From: Chloroflexota bacterium
GTDB lineage: Bacteria; Chloroflexota; Dehalococcoidia; Lucifugimonadales; GCA-002723415
Direction of reading: 5' to 3'
NCBI GenBank assembly: GCA_002721445.1
Contig: PBKN01000012.1
Location: 8,362-72,361 of the forward strand
Length of the DNA: 64,000 nucleotides
In this document: positions 31,789 to 40,880 of the stretch, in pieces
How the letters are laid out: the number at the start of each line of letters is the position of its first letter
How positions within the stretch are numbered: position 1 is the stretch's first letter
Made by a program: the position numbers and the translations under genes
Notes under the pieces: model-generated
The model's database searches: none
Told to the model about the DNA's origin: nothing
The model's input: only the letters and a program-made list of their open reading frames with translations

Positions 31789-32925
31789 TTAACGATAATG
31801 CCCTCGAGCTGGCAAATCCCAAATAGATTCTAAGCATCCGTTTCTGATACCAAAAATATAATCATGTAAATTAACACATGAAGTAATATCATAAGGAATA
31901 CACCAAATCCTATCTCCTAAATTTAAATTTTTGTTTCCCCAGTCAAATGCTATATTTCCATGCTCAGCACTAAGCCCTTTAACAATTAATCCAGGTAAAG
32001 TTGCTTCAGGAGAACCTAGGTCAGCTCCAATAGCCTTTCTGCCTCCATCTGTGATTATTGTTTTTGGTGCGGGTAAACTTGTTATACAGGTCATAACGCT
32101 TGCAGCGTTTTTAAATTCTGTTCTTAAAACTTTATATTTAGCATCCATCAATGCGTAAGATCCAGCAATAATATCAGTTACTCCTGAAATAGATGCTACA
32201 TCTTGATAATCATAAGTACATCCATACACTACAGAATTAACTTCTATGCCTTTAGTTTCAATTTGTTCACGAAAATTTAAAATTGTTTGAACAAATTGAA
32301 TAGAATCATTATTTATTTTATTAAATTCTAATTTATTATATATATTATTTTCTGGTAAACTTTCTGACACATAATTATTTATGAATTTACCAAACAAACC
32401 TGTAAAATTTATTGCAGGCAATTTCTGGATATCTTGACACATCTTCTCAGCATTATCTCCTGGTTCTACTCCTAAGCTATCAGTTGAAGAACTAATAACA
32501 AGAAGTAAATTAAGTTCTACCCCAGCAGAGGTAGCAGCAGCTGACAAATCAGCTATATTTGATGTATTATCTACTAATAAAGTAATATTTGAATTTTTAG
32601 CTAAAGCACAAAGGCGATTAATTTTACGTTTATTATAAATAATATTTGCAATCAAAACATCATTTAGTCCATGTTCAATAAAAACCTCAGCTTGTCCTAA
32701 GGTAGATACAGTAATACCTGAAGTAGAAGAATATTTAATTTGTTTATGAGCTATTGCAGGAGATCCATGAGCGCCAATATAAGGCTTTATATTTAACCCT
32801 TTAGATTCCACAAATCTGTTCATATAAGCTAAGTTATAATCAAGAGAATCTAAATCTACCATTAGTCCAGGTGTATCAAGTTCAATTTCTTTTGTACCTA
32901 TATCTTTAAATATTGGTCTTTCCAT
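31789..32925 (-). CDS. Divergent paralog of the D-threonine aldolase-like family, probable loss of PLP lysine
   Basis: DTPGLMVDLDSLDYN, KPYIGAHGSPAIAHKQ in place of the usual RPHxKTHKSP, GSYALMDAKY, IPYDITSCVNLHD. Confidence 0.8.
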   Translation of the reverse strand: MERPIFKDIGTKEIELDTPGLMVDLDSLDYNLAYMNRFVESKGLNIKPYIGAHGSPAIAHKQIKYSSTSGITVSTLGQAEVFIEHGLNDVLIANIIYNKRKINRLCALAKNSNITLLVDNTSNIADLSAAATSAGVELNLLLVISSSTDSLGVEPGDNAEKMCQDIQKLPAINFTGLFGKFINNYVSESLPENNIYNKLEFNKINNDSIQFVQTILNFREQIETKGIEVNSVVYGCTYDYQDVASISGVTDIIAGSYALMDAKYKVLRTEFKNAASVMTCITSLPAPKTIITDGGRKAIGADLGSPEATLPGLIVKGLSAEHGNIAFDWGNKNLNLGDRIWCIPYDITSCVNLHDYIFGIRNGCLESIWDLPARGHYR

Positions 32926-33071
32926 TTAAAATTTTCCTTATTTAATTTAAAGAAACAACAAATAGGAGATTAACATAAATAACTCGATAAATAAATCCCT
33001 CTTGACGAAAAATAATTAATATTTAAAAATAATCCTATAATTAATTATTTTATGGATGTTTTTTCTGCACA

Positions 33072-33611
33072 ATGCTAGATTTTGAATTAATTAAAAATGA
33101 GAATATAGTAAAAAAAATAGATGTATCAAATAAAAATGAATTTTCTGATACATTACTACTAACAAATAAACGTTTAATTAAAATAAAAAAAGAAAAATAT
33201 AAAACTCAATTAAATATTATACCTATTGAAGACGTCCAAGAAGTCGAATGCAATTCGATTTTACCTAATTCTAAATCAATGATTTGGAGTATAACAGCAT
33301 TTTTAACAGGATTATTACTATATTTAGCTTTTAAAGAAACAATGTTAGGTATCCTATTTTTTCTTTTTTTAATATCACTTGGAATTTACTTAATAGTAGA
33401 TCATTTAAGTTCAAAAAAATATCAAAAATTAATATTTAAGACAATATCTAACAATATAACCATTGAATATACAATTGATAAAGACCGCTTAGAATTCAAT
33501 GCTAAAAATTATATACAATTATTTTTTAAACTCCGCTGGCAGTTACTACATGAAAATTCATTAAAAATAAATAAACCTAACCGTAAACAAATTTTTTCAA
33601 GATATCAATGA
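33072..33611 (+). CDS. Small membrane protein with two TM helices, possibly PH-like
   Basis: TLLLTNKRLIKIKKEKYKTQLNIIPIEDVQEVE (bacterial PH-like pattern), then hydrophobic hairpin. Confidence 0.6.
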   Translation: MLDFELIKNENIVKKIDVSNKNEFSDTLLLTNKRLIKIKKEKYKTQLNIIPIEDVQEVECNSILPNSKSMIWSITAFLTGLLLYLAFKETMLGILFFLFLISLGIYLIVDHLSSKKYQKLIFKTISNNITIEYTIDKDRLEFNAKNYIQLFFKLRWQLLHENSLKINKPNRKQIFSRYQ

Positions 33612-33662
33612 AATAATAAAACTATCCTTATGGCCATACTTAAAGATACTAATCATATTTTA

Positions 33663-34691
33663 CTAATTAGAATCAATTCTCAAGCTTGGATATACGTCTA
33701 AATCCCATTGGTAAGTTAAATTATTTTTCAATCTAAAATATGCAGCTGATGCAATCATAGCTCCATTATCAGTACATAAAGATGGTCTAGGAATAAGTAA
33801 TTCAATTGGAGATTCTTTTTTAAATACATTTCTTAATAATTGATTAGATGCGACACCTCCACCTATAATCAATCCCTTAGCTTTAAATCTTTTAACTGCA
33901 TTAATTGTATTTTTCACTATAGTATCAACAATAGCTTCTTGAAATGACTTAGCAATATCCGCAATTTTTTGATCTACATCATTATCATCTTTCTTTGGAT
34001 AAACCCCCATTGATTCAGCGCGTCTTACGACTGAAGTTTTCAAACCACTAAAACTAAAATCCATGGAATTTTTAACCTTTGGACGGGGAAATGCAGGATC
34101 CAATAAATTACCTGACTCAGAAATCTTTTGAATCTCTGGACCTCCAGGGAAACCTAATCCTAAAACTCTAGCCACTTTATCGAAAACTTCTCCAGCAGCA
34201 TCATCTCTAGACCTAGCAATAATCTGAAAATCTCCATGACCTTTCATTAAAATCAAATCTGTATGTCCTCCTGAAACAACTAAAGAAATAATAGGGAAAC
34301 CTGGCTTTTCTTTTAGCTCGATATCTTCTAAGCATGTTGCATATATATGACCTTCAATATGATTTATTCCAATAAAAGGTAATCCTGAAGCAATTGCCAT
34401 AGATTTTGCAGTATTTACTCCAATCAATAATGACCCAGCTAAACCAGGACCATATGTAACAGATACAGCATCTATGTCATTTAAATTCATTCTTGCTTCA
34501 TTTAATGCTTTATTTATCCCAGGAATAATCTTTACAATATGCTCTCTTGAAGCTACTTCAGGTATAATCCCTCCAAATTCTGAATGCATATCAGCTTGAG
34601 AAAATACAATATTTGAAATTATATTTCTACCATCTTCAACAATCCCAACTGCGGTATCATCGCATGAAGTTTCTATACCTAATATTTTCAT
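33663..34691 (-). CDS. tsaD: tRNA N6-threonylcarbamoyladenosine biosynthesis protein TsaD
   Basis: KILGIETSCDDTAVGIV, NHIEGHIYA, VSGGHTDLILM, GEVFDKVARVLGLGFPGG, IIGGGVASNQLLR. Confidence 0.97.
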   Translation of the reverse strand: MKILGIETSCDDTAVGIVEDGRNIISNIVFSQADMHSEFGGIIPEVASREHIVKIIPGINKALNEARMNLNDIDAVSVTYGPGLAGSLLIGVNTAKSMAIASGLPFIGINHIEGHIYATCLEDIELKEKPGFPIISLVVSGGHTDLILMKGHGDFQIIARSRDDAAGEVFDKVARVLGLGFPGGPEIQKISESGNLLDPAFPRPKVKNSMDFSFSGLKTSVVRRAESMGVYPKKDDNDVDQKIADIAKSFQEAIVDTIVKNTINAVKRFKAKGLIIGGGVASNQLLRNVFKKESPIELLIPRPSLCTDNGAMIASAAYFRLKNNLTYQWDLDVYPSLRIDSN

Positions 34692-35821
34692 AATTGATTA
34701 CCTTTATAATATTTATCAGAAAAAACTTCATGTGGTAAAAAAGATTTTCGACTAGACCCATATTTATAATCTATACCTCTGGTTGTAACAACACTTATAG
34801 AGGTATAAAAATCGCTCTCCCCACTAACTCCACTACCATTTCCTCCACCATGCCCTCTTAACCATTGAGGATCAATTAATTGAATCCCTTTCCAATTTCC
34901 ATTTGTAGCTAACAAGTGCCCAAATCTAGCTAAATCAGAAGCACTTATTACGATCCAACCTGGTCCACTCCTCACAGGTATACTATTTATAGTATATGGT
35001 GGGTCTAAATATGTATATGAATCTGGAATATTAGGATAAAAATATTTTTGAGATTTTACATATTCACCAGTATACCAATCCCAATTATTAGATTTGATTC
35101 CAATTTTTGAAAATAGCCGTTCATCAACGACATCTTTTAGGTCTCTATTCCAAAGAGAAGTCAATGCTTGCCCTAGCCTCCAAAAACCTGCACTACTATA
35201 TACTCCTTCAGTACCTGGTTCTATATGAGCATACAAATCATATGAAGGGTCGCCAGTCCATGTGCTCCAATTTGGTATTCCATATATACTTTTATCGTCT
35301 TCTAATCCAGTTCGTTTTTCTTTCCACCTTATTCCCATTTCCATTGGAAATCCTCCAAAATGTAAATCACCATATTTATATCCAATAATATGCCTCCAGC
35401 TTAAGTTTTTATGATAACCTTGGTCTAAATATTTGTGAGAATGTGATAGCTCACCTTCACCAGTCCAGGTTTTATATATGAGATCATCAGGATCTATAAG
35501 TCCATCCTCTATTGCACAGCCTATTAAAACCCAACATAAAGCTTTTCCTACAGATGCTGTGTGGAATCTGTAATTTCTATCACCCCATTCATGTATTATA
35601 TAGCCACCTCTAGTAATGACAGTACCAAATTTATTATCACAATGATCTTCTCCTCCAAAATTTGCACCTTTAACATTAAGGGTACTGATCCAAGTATTAA
35701 ATATACTAGGATTGATGCCTAATTTATCTAAATTTTTTAAATCCCAATCTTCATCAGGAAATGTAACCCAATCAGGTATTTTCTTGAGTTTCACAGATAA
35801 TCCTTTAATAAAAAGTACCAC
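34688..35821 (-). CDS. Serine hydrolase, class C beta-lactamase-like family
   Basis: HTASVGKALCWVL (SxxK), GVYSSAGFWRLGQAL, GPGWIVISASDLARFGHLLATNG. Confidence 0.8.
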   Translation of the reverse strand: MVLFIKGLSVKLKKIPDWVTFPDEDWDLKNLDKLGINPSIFNTWISTLNVKGANFGGEDHCDNKFGTVITRGGYIIHEWGDRNYRFHTASVGKALCWVLIGCAIEDGLIDPDDLIYKTWTGEGELSHSHKYLDQGYHKNLSWRHIIGYKYGDLHFGGFPMEMGIRWKEKRTGLEDDKSIYGIPNWSTWTGDPSYDLYAHIEPGTEGVYSSAGFWRLGQALTSLWNRDLKDVVDERLFSKIGIKSNNWDWYTGEYVKSQKYFYPNIPDSYTYLDPPYTINSIPVRSGPGWIVISASDLARFGHLLATNGNWKGIQLIDPQWLRGHGGGNGSGVSGESDFYTSISVVTTRGIDYKYGSSRKSFLPHEVFSDKYYKGNQL

Positions 35822-35830
35822 TCAATATAA

Positions 35831-36529
35831 TTAATAATTCAGAACAGCTTTGATATTCATAATATTGTCTTTAATCGGAAAATCATTTCCCAAAATTGCA
35901 GATCCAGCAACTAATAAATTGGCACCAGACTGTGAGACCATGGGGGCAGTTTCTAAATTGATTCCTCCATCTACACCTATATCAATATCAAGATCTAATT
36001 CATCTATTTCTAATCTAAGTTTGTTTATTTTTTCCAGACTAGACGGTATAAATTTCTGCCCTCCAAAGCCCGGGTTAACTGACATAATTAATATTTCATC
36101 TACATCCGAAAGAATGGGTTTGATTAAATCTATTGAAGTTGCAGGATTTATAGCTATGCCAACTTCAATCCCCAATTCTTTAATTTGAAATATTGATTTA
36201 CGAATATCAATACAAGCTTCCAAATGAATAATAATTCTATCAGATCCAGCATTTACAAAATCAGGTATAAGTTTATCTGGACTATTCACCATCATATGAA
36301 CATGAAATGGTAAGTTTGTAAAAGGTCGAATAGATTCTACTACTACAGAACCAATAGTAATATTTGGAACAAAATGACCATCCATTACATCAATATGTAT
36401 ATTGTCTATGTCATATTTATTCAATTCAGTAATTTGATGTCCTAAAGAACTAAAATCAGCAGATAAAATTGATGGGGCTAATTTAATATCTTTAGACATA
36501 TCCTTCATCCTCAAGTAGGTTTTTTGCAT
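35831..36529 (-). CDS. rpe: Ribulose-phosphate 3-epimerase; likely start 36499 (MSKDIKLAPSIL)
   Basis: LAPSILSADFSSLG, HIDVMDGHFVPNITIG, MSVNPGFGGQKFI, GVDGGIN. Confidence 0.95.
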   Translation of the reverse strand: MQKTYLRMKDMSKDIKLAPSILSADFSSLGHQITELNKYDIDNIHIDVMDGHFVPNITIGSVVVESIRPFTNLPFHVHMMVNSPDKLIPDFVNAGSDRIIIHLEACIDIRKSIFQIKELGIEVGIAINPATSIDLIKPILSDVDEILIMSVNPGFGGQKFIPSSLEKINKLRLEIDELDLDIDIGVDGGINLETAPMVSQSGANLLVAGSAILGNDFPIKDNIMNIKAVLNY

Positions 36530-37832
36530 TCAAAATTGATTCTTCAACTTGATTGTATGAAGTACCTCCTGGAATATCTCTGGATGAAATAGATTTTTCT
36601 AAATTAATTTCTAAAACATCACTATCAAATAAATCACTCAACTCTTTATAACTTGATAATGGAAGTTCACTAAATTTTTTACCTTTACTACTTGCTATAG
36701 AACTTAATTTAGAAACTATAGAATGAGCCTCTCTAAATGGCATCCCTTTATTAACTAAATAATCAGCAATATCAGTAGCTAAAATATTGCCTTGATCTGT
36801 GGCTAAAATCATATTTTTTGAATTAATTTTTATATTAACAATTAAGTCAGCCAACACATATAAAGTAGACAAAAGAGTATCTGAAGTATCAAAAAAAGGT
36901 ATTTTATCTTCTTGCATATCACGATTATATGTTAAAGGAAGAGATTTCATTATAGTTAATAAAGAAATTAGCCCTCCATAAACACGCCCAGTCTTACCTC
37001 TTGCTAATTCTAAAAAGTCTGGATTACGTTTCTGAGGCATTATACTACTACCAGTAATATAATCTTCACTTATTTCTATAAATTTAAATTCTTCAGAATT
37101 CCATATAATCAATTCTTCAGACAATCTAGAAATGTGCATCATGCATATAGAAGCAGCTGACTGAAAATCTAGTAGAAAGTCTCTATCAGACACTGCATCC
37201 ATACTATTTACTGTTAAAGAACTAAACCCTAACTCTTCTGCAACTGATTGCCTGTCAATGGGATAAGGGACTCCAGCTAAAGCACCACTACCAAGAGGTA
37301 AAACGTCTACTCTCTTATATGTCTCAAGAAATCTTTGATAATCCCTGTTAAACATTTGGAAATATGCCATCATGTGATGTGAAAAAAGTACCGGCTGAGC
37401 TCTTTGTAAATGAGTGTATCCAGGCAAAATAATTCTAGAATTTAATTCTGAAATTTTTATAAAAGAGTTTCTTAATAATTTTAAAGCTGAAAATACATCT
37501 TTAATAACATCTTTAACATACATACGTAAATCTAAAGCAATTTGATCATTTCTTGACCTTGCTGTATGCAACTTACCGGCTACATCTCCAATCTTTATAA
37601 AAAGCCTATTCTCTATATTCATATGAATATCTTCAAGTTCGTCTTTCCATGGGAAATCCCCTGATTCAATTTCAATTTTAATTTCCATTAAACCATTAAC
37701 AATTTGAGAAGCTTCTTTTTCTTTTATTATAGATTGCTTAGATAACATATTTACATGAGCTATTGAACCTTGTATGTCTTGTTTATATAAACGCTTATCA
37801 AATTTTATAGAAGATGTATAATCAGATTTCAT
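36492..37832 (-). CDS. argH: Argininosuccinate lyase, short N-terminus
   Basis: HTARSRNDQIALDLRMY, GYTHLQRAQPVLFSHH, TGSSIMPQKRNPDFLELARG. Confidence 0.95.
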   Translation of the reverse strand: MKSDYTSSIKFDKRLYKQDIQGSIAHVNMLSKQSIIKEKEASQIVNGLMEIKIEIESGDFPWKDELEDIHMNIENRLFIKIGDVAGKLHTARSRNDQIALDLRMYVKDVIKDVFSALKLLRNSFIKISELNSRIILPGYTHLQRAQPVLFSHHMMAYFQMFNRDYQRFLETYKRVDVLPLGSGALAGVPYPIDRQSVAEELGFSSLTVNSMDAVSDRDFLLDFQSAASICMMHISRLSEELIIWNSEEFKFIEISEDYITGSSIMPQKRNPDFLELARGKTGRVYGGLISLLTIMKSLPLTYNRDMQEDKIPFFDTSDTLLSTLYVLADLIVNIKINSKNMILATDQGNILATDIADYLVNKGMPFREAHSIVSKLSSIASSKGKKFSELPLSSYKELSDLFDSDVLEINLEKSISSRDIPGGTSYNQVEESILNAKNLLEDEGYV

Positions 37833-37889
37833 TTCAACTCTTTTTTTTAATAAAAATATATATATAAATTATATAATAAATTTTCCAAC

Positions 37890-38363
37890 CTATTCTACAT
37901 GTTTTTTGGGAACAAGAAACCTTCTTCGTAGTGATATAACTTTATCTTTGTTTTGATTTTCACCTATAGTTTCTAAATAAACTATTCCTCTATCAGTTTT
38001 AGTCTTACTCAAAACAACGTCTAAAATAGTACTTATAGCGTAAAGTGTATCCCCTTGAAATACGGGCTTGTAATGTACTATATTCTCATATTCTAGGTTT
38101 GCAATAGCTTTACCTGAGATATCTTTAACACTCATTCCCACTATTAAGCTGAAAACTAATGTACCAACAACAAGAATTTTTTTATGTTGATGCTTAGTCA
38201 TATAATGTTCATCAATATGTAATGGATTATGATTCATTGTTAACAATGAAAATAGATGGTTATCCATTTCAGTAATAGTTTTGCCAGGCCAATGTTTGAA
38301 AACATCCCCAGTTACAAAATCTTCAAAATACCCGCCAAAATCATTCTTTGATTCATGAATCAT
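37890..38363 (-). CDS. MaoC-like hotdog dehydratase/hydratase
   Basis: YFEDFVTGDVFKHWPGKTITEMDNHLFSLLTMNHNPLHIDEHY, GDTLYAISTIL. Confidence 0.85.
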   Translation of the reverse strand: MIHESKNDFGGYFEDFVTGDVFKHWPGKTITEMDNHLFSLLTMNHNPLHIDEHYMTKHQHKKILVVGTLVFSLIVGMSVKDISGKAIANLEYENIVHYKPVFQGDTLYAISTILDVVLSKTKTDRGIVYLETIGENQNKDKVISLRRRFLVPKKHVE

Positions 38364-38394
38364 TATTTACTCTCTGAATATAATAAATTGAAAA

Positions 38395-39675
38395 TTACTT
38401 ATCAATAAATGGTCTTTGCTTTAGCCCAAAATTCTTAGCTGAAATTCCTAAAATCTTCACAAAACCTTCTGCGTCAAAATGATCATAATTGCCAATTCCT
38501 TCCATTGAAGAATCATCCGTATATAAAGAATATGGAATAGAATTTTCTGTTTTTTCAATATATTCAAAATAAATATTGCCTTTATATATACGAATATATA
38601 TAGTCCCAGTAGAAAAATAATTAATTTTATTTAACATATCTAAAGCTGCAGAAGTAGTAAGATCAAGCCAGTAACCCTGATATACTTGAGTACTAATTGT
38701 ATTCGATAAAAATTCAAATAACTCTCTAGCTCTTCTATCTAATATAAATTGAAGTAAATACTCATATGATTTCCCTAAAATTTCCATTCCTGGTGATTCA
38801 TAAATACCTCTAGATTTAATTCCTACAAATCTATTTTCTACAACATGTGTTCCAATACCTACTCCATGCTTACTTCCAATTGTATTTGAAACATCAAATA
38901 TAGACACTAAGTCCAACTTTTCTCCATTTATTGATACAGGAACTCCCTTGTCCCACTCAATAGAAATAATTTCATACTTATCTTCAGCTTCCCATGGCCA
39001 TACACCCATTCCCGGCTTCACAAAGAAAGGAGATATAGTTACATCTTCTAGATCTCCTGCTTCATGCGTTAGGCCTAAAAAATTAGCATCAGTTGAATAT
39101 TTTGATTCTGACTTTGATTTAATTGGAAGAGAATTAGAGATACAATAATCAAGCATTTCATTACGTCCCGGAAATTCTTCTAAAAATTCCGGGTCTCTCC
39201 AAGGAGCATAAACTTCAACATTTGGATACAACATGTTTGAAGCTAATTGAAACCTAACTTGATCATTTCCTCTACCTGTAGCACCATGAAATAATGTTTC
39301 AATATTCTTATTATACATAGAAGATAAAATCAATTTAGTAGTTATAGGCCTTGCTATACCTGTAGTATTCCAATATCCTCCTTCATATTTAGCTTGAGAT
39401 TGTATCATTTTCAATCCAGCTTCAGCGAGTTCTTTTCTACCAGATATTATCTGTGCTGACTTTGCTCCACAATCTAGCATACGAGATTTTACAGTATCTA
39501 AATTTTCTTCATCTGGCTGACCTAGATCAACAGTATATGTGTGAATCTCAAACCCTTTTTGAGATAACCAATGAGTAACAGTACAACTATCTAATCCTCC
39601 AGAAACAGCACCAGCAATTTTTAAAGACTTAGATTTTAATTCTTTCCAATTCAAATCAACCTCTCTAGTTATCAC
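38395..39675 (-). CDS. argG: Argininosuccinate synthase
   Basis: AGAVSGGLDSCTVTHWL, HGATGRGNDQVRFQLA, VYAPWRDPEF, GIGTHVVENRFVGIKSRGIYESPG. Confidence 0.93.
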   Translation of the reverse strand: MITREVDLNWKELKSKSLKIAGAVSGGLDSCTVTHWLSQKGFEIHTYTVDLGQPDEENLDTVKSRMLDCGAKSAQIISGRKELAEAGLKMIQSQAKYEGGYWNTTGIARPITTKLILSSMYNKNIETLFHGATGRGNDQVRFQLASNMLYPNVEVYAPWRDPEFLEEFPGRNEMLDYCISNSLPIKSKSESKYSTDANFLGLTHEAGDLEDVTISPFFVKPGMGVWPWEAEDKYEIISIEWDKGVPVSINGEKLDLVSIFDVSNTIGSKHGVGIGTHVVENRFVGIKSRGIYESPGMEILGKSYEYLLQFILDRRARELFEFLSNTISTQVYQGYWLDLTTSAALDMLNKINYFSTGTIYIRIYKGNIYFEYIEKTENSIPYSLYTDDSSMEGIGNYDHFDAEGFVKILGISAKNFGLKQRPFIDK

Positions 39676-39678
39676 ATA

Positions 39679-40869
39679 TTAATTTGAAAGTTTATCAAGT
39701 GATTTTCTTAATATACTAAAAGCTTTAGAAGCTTCATTAATTTCAACAGTTAATGGTGGCATTAAACGTATCGCATTTGGGCGTAAGGGATTTGTCAATA
39801 GACCATTATCATTGCATATTGAAACTAAATCTGCAGAAATTTCTGATTTAAATTGTATAGCCCACAATAATCCCATTCCTCTAATCTGATCAATAATTTC
39901 ATATTCCTTCTGAATTAAATTTAATTCCTCTTTGAAGTATTTTTCCATTTTTGATACATTATCTACGACTTTTTCATTAAGTATATATTCTGTTGATGCA
40001 AATGCTGCAGCACAAGTTAATGCATTACCTCCAAAAGTAGACCCATGATCCCCAGGATCAAATGCACAAGCATGTTCTTTAGCTAAAAATGCACCTATAG
40101 GAACACCTCCACCTAGACCTTTAGCTAAAGTCATAATATCTGGCTCAACATCAAAGACTTCATAACCAAATAGCTTGCCTAATCTTCCTAATCCTGTTTG
40201 TACTTCATCAAATATTAATAAAATCCCATTATCATCACACCATTTACGGACATTTTTCAAATAATCTTTAGAAGGAATATTAACTCCTCCTTCACCTTGA
40301 ACAGGCTCTAACATTACAGCTACAGTATTATCATTAGTAGATTTTTTTATTTCTTCCAAATTATTATAATCAACATGTTTAAATCCAGTAGGAATAGGTT
40401 GAAATATATCCTGGTATTTTGGCTGACCAGTAGCAGCTACAGACATCATTGTCCTACCATGAAATGAATTGAAGGCAGTAATTATCTCATGAGCATTATT
40501 TAAATTTTTCTTGCCAAATTTACGTGCTAATTTAATAGCTCCTTCATTGGCTTCAGTACCACTGTTGCAAATAAATATTTTATCTAAACAACTATTTTCT
40601 ACTAATATTTCAGCTAACTTTAATTGAGGTACTGTATAAAACTGATTAGATGTTTGGAGCAGAGTATTTGCTTGTTCAGAAATTGCTTTAGATATAGCTT
40701 TGTTTGAATGACCCACATTATTAACAGCCCAACCTGAAGTAAAATCTATATATTTTTTTCCATTATCATCCCATACATAAGATCCGTCACCTTTAACTAT
40801 TACAATTGGCTGTCGTTTCACAACAAACATATAATATTTTTTCTCAATTTCCTGCCAGTTAGTTGACAT
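39679..40869 (-). CDS. argD: Acetylornithine aminotransferase family
   Basis: DFTSGWAVNNVGHSNKAI, FNSFHGRTMMSVAATGQPKYQ, LIFDEVQTGLGRLGKLF, DHGSTFGGNALTCAAA. Confidence 0.92.
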   Translation of the reverse strand: MSTNWQEIEKKYYMFVVKRQPIVIVKGDGSYVWDDNGKKYIDFTSGWAVNNVGHSNKAISKAISEQANTLLQTSNQFYTVPQLKLAEILVENSCLDKIFICNSGTEANEGAIKLARKFGKKNLNNAHEIITAFNSFHGRTMMSVAATGQPKYQDIFQPIPTGFKHVDYNNLEEIKKSTNDNTVAVMLEPVQGEGGVNIPSKDYLKNVRKWCDDNGILLIFDEVQTGLGRLGKLFGYEVFDVEPDIMTLAKGLGGGVPIGAFLAKEHACAFDPGDHGSTFGGNALTCAAAFASTEYILNEKVVDNVSKMEKYFKEELNLIQKEYEIIDQIRGMGLLWAIQFKSEISADLVSICNDNGLLTNPLRPNAIRLMPPLTVEINEASKAFSILRKSLDKLSN

Positions 40870-40880
40870 AATTATCTCCT

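Noticed and set aside
35107-35388. Plus-strand ORFs opposite the beta-lactamase-like gene, rpe, argH, argG, UPF0182 and argB (35107, 35850, 36799, 38948, 40891, 44126)
   Set aside because: Shadow ORFs antisense to strong genes.
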